In this document: positions 40,501 to 52,500 of the stretch, in pieces
Layout of the letters: every line of letters begins with the position of its first letter
Numbering within the stretch: position 1 is the first letter of the stretch
Assembly (NCBI GenBank): GCA_030141605.1
Contig: JAQGDQ010000844.1
Location: 1-64,000, forward strand
Length of the DNA stretch: 64,000 bases
Reading direction: 5' to 3'
From: Tubiluchus corallicola
Taxonomy: Eukaryota > Animalia > Priapulida
Notes under the pieces: model-generated
The model's input: the letters and a program-made list of their open reading frames with translations, nothing else
Told to the model about the DNA's origin: nothing
Databases searched by the model: none
Position numbers and translations under genes: made by a program

Positions 40501-43500
40501 TGGTTATTTTGACAATGCCATTATATACTAGTATAGTTTTGTATGACTCGTACCTTTTGTTTATAAGCAACTATTTTAATACTATTAGTTGACTGCAATT
40601 ACTAAGTCACAAAAAGTTCATCATAGCCTATTTGGTATGTGTACAGTATTTTACAACGTTTTAGTGTGTTCATATTTCTGTAACGATTTTTGTCATTCAG
40701 TATCTAAAGAAGCAACATTATAATTTGAATGTACTTTTTTAAAGGAAAAGTTGCAATGCTGCGGAGACTAATCTTACAGGGTACTATAACTGGAACTATA
40801 CAAGCTCTGCTAGTCATCTAGTATCTGGGATGCACTGGTAACAGAATAGGGCAGCTAAAAGAAGGGCTCCCATTCACTGTTATTTCAGCTGCATCTACAA
40901 TAGACACAAGGAAGTATGCTGCTAGTACCTTGCGTTGAGATAGCCCATCTTGAAGATCATGTTCAGCAGAATTTCTGTAAGTGGTGGCTAAATTTCACAA
41001 AGAATTCTAGGGAGTGCGTGGTAATTGCAAATGTGGGCTCGGTGTAGGAATTAAGTACTGCAATACAGTGAAGTGCAAAAGAGGAACACGGTTTTTCTTT
41101 TTGTCGAGAAAAATGACAAGTTCAACAACTGTAACTCAATCTCTGAGGCAACCCTGCAGACAGCCCGACTACCTCCTCTTTCTAGAAAAAAATAAGTGTC
41201 TATTCAGCAAGATAAATGGGGACATAATCCAATACATAACAAGTGGTAATGTGAGAGCTAATATATGTATGCATAATAACCTCTTAAACATATTTGTTGA
41301 ATGCACATGCAAAGTGAAAAATTCACCCACTAAGGTTAATGTCACCACTAATTATAATTACCACTACTAAACATTTTAGAAAGAGACTGGGTGCAATAGG
41401 GTTTAGTGACAATTTTTTTCTATAACAGGCACATTGATGTATGAAAGGGCATATGTTATTTATCAGTCCCCGAGACATATACTCTGAGAATGCCTCAGAA
41501 TTCTCCACACCACCCCTGAATTTTTTTAATTTGCATTAAAACTTTATGTTGTAAGATAAAGCTAAACTAAATCAAAGGTGTTGTTAGTTGCAATGAAAAT
41601 CAGTTGATTCATTCACTGTAGTTCCTGACAACTTGACTGCTCCTTATACTGCAAGACAAAACACAGTCACAAACAACAAGTTCTGTTTGCAAGCTATTAA
41701 TTGGTACAAAACCTTCCAGTATTATGCAAGCTTTTTGACAACATATGCTGAGTGCTTGGTTAATGGAACTGGCAAGCTTCTGGCACACCATGCCAATAAG
41801 GAACACTCCTGTGTACTTACCAAAGTGAGCGAATGATGAAGAGCAGATTCATCTCGTTGCTGTCGCTGTCGCCGCTTGTCCACCTGCTCATTATGATGGC
41901 GATGAAGTCGGGGAATCCATCGCGTCTTCTCCAGCCTGTGTTCTTCTTTTGGGCTACTCGGAGAATGCTTAAAAAACGCGGCCACCCATGACGGCGACGA
42001 ATTCCCGCGATCGCCACTGCCGCCATCTGCAGGCGGACTATGAAAACGTTTTGAACTAGTTCGATCTTTAAAAGCTAGTCTAAGCGAAGGAGGTCTGTGC
42101 TTTTTGTAATTCGGCACTTTAAGTTTAGTCAACGTATCAGTTGGTTCACCATCTTTTTCAGTTTGGTTTTCTGCAGTTTTGGAAGACGAGGCTGTTGAAG
42201 TATTAACATGTCTATCTTCCATCAAAGGTTTAAACTCAGCACCTTTTTCTACATCTTTGTCTGCTATATGTGGAGCACTTTCATTCCCTTCCATTACAAG
42301 GGGGTGGCACTATAGTGATGGCAGAAAATTAGAAAAGATCACAGCAGTTCTGGGCTACTGTGTCACTGACACACGATCAACTCTGGTTTTCAACTGAAAT
42401 TGTACATTTGTCACTGTCATTCTTGAAGGTGAATTAAATCACTCGACAGCGAATGCTAGAAAGAAAACTTACTCATATTTATAGTTGTTTATAATGTTTT
42501 TATCTCTTTTACCACATTTAACTCTATTATTGATTTATGTTTACTAAAATGCGTCATCTTTTTGAAACCAAGTAACAATGGGAAAAAAAGCTATAACAAA
42601 TGGATATTGCAACTCGCAAACAATTTTGATCATAAGTTGATCCAGTAAAATGTGAGTGTGTGTCAGTGGTCTAAGAAAGAAGTGCAAAAGTTCCTGTAAA
42701 AGTTAATAGGTGCAAAGCAAACAAAAGAAAAACAGTGCCAAAAGCGATTTTGAATTAAACAAAACGATATTAATAAACAAAAAAAAAGAATCAGATAGAA
42801 ACAGGGCTTCGTCAGCTGTTTCTAAAACGATGTCTATTCAAAGTACATTTTGAGATGGATATTCTTAGAGTTTTGACGTTGAGTATCTCTCAGCGTTTCT
42901 TATCATAGACACTTCAAAAATCATCAACCCAAATCACATTCAGATTTGTCAGAAATTAATCCATCACTATTATTTCACAATTTACCACACAAGATACAAG
43001 GACGTCTCAAGTCGAGCACGAGAACAACTTGCTAGTGTTTATAGGGCCAAAGTACAAAAAACAACACTGCCCAGCGACCTCTTGCTGCTAGAGTAAGCTT
43101 TCTCGGTGTCCAAACTGCCAGTAGACGTCACATATCAGTAGCCAGCGGGTCTTAATGTAAATATTATTGCGAATACTATCCGATCAAATAAAATAGAACA
43201 GAAGGTCCAGTTTTAATAAGCGTTTCCACGATTATAATAACTAGCGAACCACGCTATATTAATTTGGGCTCGTTCGCATGCGTACGAGTACTACTACGGT
43301 TGTGGTGACGGAAATATAATTGCATCAAACGATACAATAAATTTACGAAATCAACTCATATTGTACTGTGCAGGTACAGGTACAGGTACAACAGGAATAA
43401 GTAATCTAAAGTGATGTACACTGTCTAGACTACACTATAGTGTAATGTGAGTCAAATGAGAAAATGAACTTGACGCTGAACTACACTACCGGTAAATTAA

Positions 43501-46500
43501 CAGCTACTACCCAAAATTTGGATAATCACTGATTCAGTATAGAATTATATTCTACTTAATACCAGATACGCAACGGTCTTTCTTCGCACGAATGTGATCA
43601 CTGCACTGAATTTACCGCGTCGTTGCTGAAACAGCCTACTGTGTGAAGTTGTGTGACGGCACAGTAGAACGGCGCAAATACCGCTAATAATTAATATATA
43701 TTATTAATACACCACTATAAGTAATGCACGGCTAAAAAACTTTCCAATATGCACGGGGAAACTATTGTTATTTTCAAAGTACCTGGACGAAACTTTCTGT
43801 TTTTACTAAGAACATATCAAGAGTTTACAATCAGCAAAACAAATCGAAAACCCGTTTTACAGAAATAAATTACAGACGCAAGAACCGGTAACATTGGGTA
43901 AACATATATAATATTCATGACATCCATTCACACGCGAGTGAAACTGCTAAAATTGTCACGAATCCCAGGAAATTAAACCGAAATGGCAGCTTCTGATGGG
44001 CAAATTAAGTTCCGCCCACGCAAGAAATGGACGTGAAGAGATGTGAAATTTAGTTCATTGGAAGAGAGTTTGAAAAGCGCACGAAAATGATGTTCCTCCA
44101 TTAGAGCGCGTCTCACACAGGCTGTCAGAAATTGACTGCGAATGAAACAGTAATTGAGTAATGGATAAATGATCAATCCGTTTATAGATATTACGTCACA
44201 TTTTTACGTACAGCATCAGACAGACGTCATTACAAAACTCAGAAACGCAGTTTGTTTACAATTTAAACAACGTTTACACGACAAACGCGAAAATGTCAAA
44301 ACAGAAACCGCTGGAATTGTTTATTGAATTTCGTCTTGTACAAATAGAAATTACTTTATTGCACCTGCCATATAGTAAACACTTGTATACAGATGTGAAC
44401 AGGTACAAAAGCAGACGAAGAACTCTATAAAATGATTACACAAAGCGCCCTGAGCAACAGTCTTGTATTTTTATCATCTAACGTATTAGAAGGCAAACAA
44501 AAACCTGAATTAATGCATTACGGCCAGCATTCCATCAGCAAAGGCGCATAAATCAGATAAATAATTTATTATCTCACGAGCAAAAACCATTAACGTCAGC
44601 GAGCATGCGCAGAAAGTTTGCAAAACTAAACTCGTTTTAAAATCTTTAGATAGTTATTAAAAAACCTAATATTTCAAATTTTAGGTGAAAGTCTACGCTA
44701 AACCTAAAGGCGAGAACGAGATTAGATTGACGTTGGCTTTGATTTAAAGGAAAACCGGATGATTGTGTAAACATTAGTTCAGAATAAAGAATGCTCTAAA
44801 ATATTGAAAACTACAATAGCTTATTTTAAATCGAAGCTTAGATTAAATAATAATTGCCTCGGATACTCAAATTTCGTTAAACTTTCAAAGCTACGCGCGT
44901 CTCAGTGAATTTACTAAGATTGGCAGCGGCGCCTTTTTGTCACACGCGCGTGGCCGACAAATAGAAGGCGGTACCGTGATAAACATGATCATGAACGGCT
45001 GTGTTAGTTTCTGACGTCATATGATGTAAAGCCCATTATTCGTGACATCATGTGCTTAAGCAGTACTGTAACACTTGTGCAAATGTGCTTGACTCGCAAA
45101 GGGAAATGCCTGTCATTGCACAAACTGTGGTTAGTTTCTGACGTAAGCAATAGCTGTGTTCGGTTGCCGTTGATTAACTTTCTAAGTTAATTATTTAAAT
45201 ATAAGGAACAATTGTTAACTTTTATAGGCAAGAAAACGTATATTTTGGACAGTAAATTATAATGAGATTGAGTTTAAACAATCGTCCGGTCTTGCTTTAA
45301 ATGTATACTAGCTTCTGGTAGTTCAAGCATAATTTAACAGACGGCGACACCGGCATTGACCGTATAGTATGCTATCTATCAGCAAGAATAGGAATCACTA
45401 TAAGTTGGTGCTCATTAAAACTGAAAACAAGGTGAACCTAGCTCTTTCATGCTACCATAAACCAACAAAAATTATACATAAAATGCAAAAAGTCAAACTG
45501 TAGGTTGAATAATTAAAAAGAAAATATTCCAAGCACAGTTTCCATAGGAATTATGTAATTAGGCAATATTTTTCATTGTTAATAACATTCATTGATGGAC
45601 GATCATTACTCTATTTATGCATTTTTGTTATTGAGGACAATATTGTATTTAATGGAGAGAGGGAAATAGCTATATTTGGCTAAAAAGTTAAGCAACTTTG
45701 TAGCCTGCTCAGGGAATGGATAGGTGACTAACAAGAAATCTACTTCTCGGTGGTATTGTTTGCCACATTGCACATTGTCTTCAGTTATTTCTCCCATTCA
45801 ATGATGACGTATTGAGACATAAGCAACATAGCTGAGACATCACAGAGCTCTAAGACAACCATACTGGTTCAGTGTCTCATCTTAGACGATTGCCCTTGAT
45901 AATGAGTAAGTGCTTGCCCTGTCAGGCTGTCACAACATGCAATGTTAAGCAGCACGAGTACAGAAAAATGAAGAGTCGTCAATAAAGGCTTCTCATGCAC
46001 TATAATAGCGTTAACGTTTTTACGAGTTCAAAAACATAAAAAACGCTCAAAGAAATACAGCATGATTTTTCACATACTACCCCATTTTCAAGTCCGATAA
46101 AAAGTATACATTTTAACACAATTAATACTGCAAAAGCGTTTCTGATAATAAAAAATAGATTAAAAACTTAATTAACGGCGGGGGAGCCCAACTATTTGCG
46201 TTTTCGAAATACAAGCACTAGTGCCCGTCTAACTAGCGAATGGCGAAATGTGTGTAACAGTGAAGAACTAGTAGCGCAAACGTGAAATTGTGTTTGTGTT
46301 GTAATAATTCTTTCACGCAAGTCATTTTTGAAAAAAATAGTGTGTTTCCTTTCAATACTTTAAAGAGTAGATTGTTTTGACCTACAGTTTAAGATTGGGT
46401 CCGGTTCTGCTTTAAATGAAGTTGGTGACTACGTTTTGCACAAATTATCTTATACCACACTCAAATATAACAGACAACTACTAGGGTCTCCAACCCTTAA

Positions 46501-49500
46501 TATTTTTAAAGGTACCTATTTTTTTGAAGTTGTGGCCACTTGCACAGAAAATTCTCCTATTGCTGTCCCAATGAATTACATGTTTATGATGCAAAAAATC
46601 AATAAATTACTTTTGAATTTGAATTTACTGTGATCAAGAACGACAGCAGCTGTCAGCAGTGGTTACCAACTACAGAATTTAATCAATGAAACCTCTCTCT
46701 CTTCGTTTTTCAGAGGCTAGACTTATTAATCAGAAGCACCTGTTGAAAATGGCGAATTTGATAACTGCTACAAACAACTTACAACTTACTTTTCTTAACT
46801 AAAGATACTAAAATCTGGAAAAGCAATAACTTGTTTAATCTACTATTGAGAAGAATTAATGAGCCATCTTAAACTTAATTTATGGACACCACGAAAACTC
46901 GACGGGAAATTTATTTGAAAGCTAGAAAGCTAGGTAAACGTTGCACGTTCAGGTAAGTAAATGAGATGTGAATTAAGTGGTACTGGCTAAAATCAGAAAC
47001 AGCTTAAAAACACGTAACCAAATATGAAGCAAAAAACTAGAACAATTTCTAAATACAAGAAATGATATGATTAATGAAAAAAATATTATAATAAAGAAAT
47101 GAAAAGAAACGATGTTTCAGCCCATGGCTGCAAGTTATCCTCGGGTGAAAGAAAAGACAATAAAAAACATTTTTTGGAATTAATAATAATTGAAACATAA
47201 CAACTAACTAATAATTACAGAAAAATCACAAGAGAAGTCAGAAAAACACAAAATATCACAAACAATAGCTAGGTAAACATAGAAGGTACAGCACAAAAAC
47301 AGTTGCACAAAAGCACAGAATATCACAAACAATAGCTAGGTAAGCATAGAAGGTACAGCACAAAAAGAGTTGCACAAAAGCACAGAATATCACTACTAAC
47401 ACGACAGTAATAACACCAGATAGTTGGCAGGAAAAGCATTGAAAAGTTTTTAATGACATTTGTTCAATTTTATTCTTTCTTCTTTCACTTCAAGGTACTT
47501 GAAGACAATTCACAGTGGTGCACTAAAACATCGTTTCTTTTCATGTCTTCATTGTGTAATCTAATATTTTATTTAAAGAAAGAAAAGGTCTTAGTTAAAC
47601 AACGCTGCCATTTAATAACTGGCTTCTATGGCTTCTCTTAGCAGATGGCTTCTATATCACTTACAGAAGCACGCGAGATTACCTAGAAACAAAACACTGC
47701 ACTTATTAAACGCATTCTAAACTCGCTTTAAAGTGCACCTTTCACTCGAGGAAACCTTGCTAAGTCCCCAAAACTTTGCATCAATTTACACATCAACAGA
47801 AAATTATAGTCATTGTACACACTGACGAGTCAACTCAGTATCTTTAATAAGCGAATGTTAACATCTGAGAAGCAGAGTCATAAGTTTAGCATTGCAAATT
47901 CACTACAAACATCTGGAGCAGTTTCTTCTTGAATTGAGAACAAGCCATGAATTCCTAGTAGCTTAGAAGCACCAAGAGAGTAACTAATTTATAAAACTGC
48001 ACGTGTAAAATCAACATTTTAAGATAAAAACGCACAAAAAACACACTTATAATTATCCCTGCTGGCAGGTAATGACAAAACCACACAGCACAACACCCCC
48101 TGTACAATTACTAGTTGCACACATGAAGAGAACAGCTTTCTAGACTAGAAAATGTCAAACGTGTAATCTAATAATGAACACGCAGAGAGAATAAGGCAAG
48201 AACAGGCAGCTCTCAGTGGAAGCCAACGTTAAGAACCAATAAAGATGAGATAAGCTGAACAGAGCAGAGTTGCGCGTTAGGATAAGAACAGATTGACAAC
48301 TCGTGGCCAGTTTACATATAATTGATATTACGGTATTACCCCTGGTGCAGAGTAATACTCGAAATCGATAAATTAAAATTAAACAAACGTAAGTTTTATT
48401 TTGATGAGAAAAATATCACAACCATATTAGTGGAAGCAACGAAGTACTGAACCGAACAGAACTAAAAGGGGACTAGTAAAAAACTGGCTTCGCTTATATA
48501 TAATTGAATTCCTGAAACAGGAGCGCAGCGTGTCAAATTCTTCACGCCAACACCATAGAGAAGGAACAAGACCCACAGGATCAGTGCTCGGGGACTCAAC
48601 CGGGACTCAACCTCGAGGTCTCAACCGGGACTCAACCTCGGGGTCTCAACCGGGATTCAACTGGGGGTCTCAACCCTCAACCGGGGTCTCAACCGGGACT
48701 CAACCTCGAGGTCTCAACCTCAACCTCGGGGTCTCAACCGGGACTCAACTGGGGGTCTCAACCGGGACTCAACTCCGGGGTCTCAACCGGGACTCAAATG
48801 GGGGTCTTAACCGGGACTCAATATCGGGGTCTCAACCGGGACTCAGCCCCGGGGTCTCAACCGGGACTCTACAACTCAACGCCTTGACGCGGACTAAATT
48901 ATAAACGTACTTAAAATGAACTTGCAATCATACTGCACGTATCATCCACATCATTGGCTAATCAACTCGGTCATTAACAGAAAGCGCTTTAATCCAACTG
49001 TTGAGAATCTTGTCCCACTTTACTTAAAGCAAGAGGCCACTGCTTACGTATTTTTTTAACCCAGCAATGTGAAAACGATATTTAAAGCACTGTAAAATGT
49101 ACTATGGAAGAATACCTACGCTAACCACCAGGATAAGACATCTAACCTTATCGTATTTTTAGTATTTTTTATCCAGAACGTGCCCAGATATAGAACAGAA
49201 TAATGCTTATGAAAACAGTCTTTCATAGAACTTCTTACGCAATTTTGTACTAGAGAAATTCCCTAATACAAACTGCAACTTCATTTGATTCAAAAGATTA
49301 ATAACAGATCCATACCCAGCACTCCCCTCGGCCCGTTCCCGTTCTCTACATCTCAGCAGTATAACTTTTGCAAAAAACGGCCGAAAATGGCCATTTTTGG
49401 AGGTTTTTCGCCCCCCCCCCTCCTCCCGGTGGGCCCGATTCGAAAAATAAACCATCAATGGCACGACACTAGATCGAGACCTTTCGTTTGATATATAGAT

Positions 49501-49539
49501 CGCCAATGGTGCCCTCGTCCGGGGCCGGGCTGTAGCCTC

Positions 49540-49573
<34 letters not shown>

Positions 49574-52500
49574 ACATACCAAGAATATTAATATCATAGT
49601 ATAGATACTTTTGATCATCAGCAAATTAGTTACGTTGCACAAATTCCATTTCTCTGGATCTCCATTCATATTTTTCATTTTCTACTTAGACTTCTCTTAC
49701 CTTGAGTGGGCCACTGGGCTTGTTTTGGGCGATTTGAATAATAAAGTACTAATAAACTAACCACTAGGTATCGGGGAGTTAAAAACTAATCACTTTTTTG
49801 CTATTGCCTTTCATATAAAAAATATCATACGCATCTCAAATAAAAAAAACAGACCGAAATAAGATGCTGTTACGTTTGTGAGTTTTAAATAATTTTTTTC
49901 TTAATAACATTATTGTTTTACTTTGGCTTCAAGCCCACTGAAATGCCAACAATACTAGCGCACAAAGTTAATCACAGCCGCAACGTTAGGGAAAACGCAC
50001 AGCCCGTAATTAGAAAACGGTATCCTGGTGGCGACATCTGGCGTCAGCTTTTGTAATTAATTATTTTTAGGCAAAGTGTTTGTTTCATTTAGTAAACAAA
50101 GCACGCGTTTTACAAAGCAAAAAAATTAAAAAATGGAAGTTTAAAAAAATTAAATCTAAAATATTGTTAAAGTTGACTTAGTCACTGATGGAGTATTATT
50201 CTGTTGTAGTTCAAACTTAAGCACCTAGCTGCAACAGAGCACTGAATGACATAAGTCTTGTAAATTTTTATCTAAGCTTAGGTACAGAATACTGTTAGTG
50301 CTTATAAGTATAAACAATAACATTTATGTGTTTATATCCTTAATTTAAATCGCATGGCAAGATGCTATAATTTGTTTACAAATGCCACTATCATCTGCTA
50401 GTATACATAATGTGCAAAGCAAGTGCTTTTAAAGTTTCAGGAACTCATATAAGCTAAACATGATGCTTTTATTATTGTAAGCCGATTCGAAAGATTTCTA
50501 TTGAGTTGATAACGCAAAGAAACTACAAACAAAATACTTAATGAGACTGCGTATCAAGCAAAGAACAGCTTCTCAATGCATAGGAGTACTGAGTGAGCAT
50601 ATTTCTGGCAAAAGCCTAATGCCTAATTACTCACATACTTCAAGGAATGATGGCACGCTTTGCTTTGACATTTAAAGCAAAACTGGACCCAATCATAAAC
50701 TGTAGAACAAAACAATCTACTTTTTAAAATATTGAAAGAAAACATACTATTTTTTCAAAAATGACACAGGTGAAAGAATTATTACAATACCAACGCAATT
50801 ACGCGTTCGCGCCACTAGTTTTTCGCCGTTACATGCATATCGCCATTCGCTAGTTAGACGGGCACTGGCACCTGCATTTCAGAAACACATTGCACAAAAA
50901 GCAGGTGCTGTGCCCCGCAGTTCAGATGTGTTAGATTCTGATGAACTGCACATGTTCGACAGCTCAAGGGTGAGCACAGCAGTAAATTTGAAATTTGAAT
51001 TTTTATCTTAAAACTTGTCTAGTTTTAGTACAACACACTGGATATCTTACAGCAGCACTGTACTCCAATTTTCGCTTTCGCAGATATGTGCAACACACTC
51101 ATAGAATATTTTTGCAGTTGAAAATTATGTTAGTTTGCGATGTCATCAATAGTTGGGCTCGTCTGCTGTTGATTAAGACTTTAACCTATTATTTAATTAT
51201 CAGAAACGCTTTTACAGTATTAATTGTGTTTAAATCTGTACTTTTCATCGGACTTGAAAATGGGGTAGTATATGAAAAATCACCCTGTCTTCCTTTAAAA
51301 GTGAAACTGATATCTAATTTTTGCATTTTCCGCCATACTTATTCAACCAGAAGAATGCTCCAATAAACTTCTGTTAATATTGGACTTCAAAAACAATTTC
51401 CAGAAAATAAAAATATTGGAAAATTGACTACCACAGAAACGATTTTAGTTAATGACAAATATTGATTTTTTTCCATTGCTTTTTCTCAATTTCCCAGTCA
51501 ATCATCACCAAAAGCTAACCAACTCGTTCTTGTTCCTCAGCCTAACGCTCCACGAAACTTTAGTGAAATTTATTCAAAAGTTTAGAGGCATTATGCAGAC
51601 AAACAAGTAAACAAACTCACAGAAAAACACACAACTATCTTACTAGTTCTCAGCACAGGTAATTTAAAAAAAAACAATCAACTTCATCCGTTGTAGCCAC
51701 ATCAACATTCAAAAAACACTTGTCGTTATACAATTTGCAAACACCTGCAACGCTCTAAAAACGATCATATGAAATGTGCCTATATTTATAGTCTATACAG
51801 TATACATGTATACTTTCACACATGTATACACATACACTTTAATTCTCGCGTTCGCTATGAAATGTTAAATGACTGATATCAAACTGACAATTTATCTTCT
51901 TTTGCCTAAAATCTATTCAAGAATTGAGAGTAATCCAATCTTAATAAACCTGCATGTGATGTAGTCATATAAGAACGCATTTCTTCTCTACAGCGTACAG
52001 AACAATTGATAATTGGTACGCATTTTTATACAAACCAGTTAAAAATTGTCAACTAGTAGTGACACCTACTAACAAGAAAAATAGCTATGAAGGTACTAAG
52101 AACAAAAATAGCTATTAGACATTGTCAAAGATAGTCATCAAAACTATTACAGATAAAAACACATGGGGTTCTAGGCAAAATCAAAACCGTAATACAAAGG
52201 TTTTCTGCCTCTGGGATTCTCGGAAAAAAGGCCAATATTTTTCTATCCTTACAACAGAAGTGGATTTAAAAAATTTCAATTATTTTGTTCATATATCAAA
52301 GTCTTTCAGTTATTATCTATCAAAGTCTTTCATAATAATGTTAGCTTCTCAAGCTAATTACTTAAGCCAATTACTAATTAATGTTAGCTTCTTAAGCATT
52401 ACTATCGGGGATCCCTCATCTCTTTGGAGCAGCAAACGACACTAGTAGACTGCTCCAGCCTCCACTTATTCACTACATAGTGAGAAAAAGGTAGTTCGTG

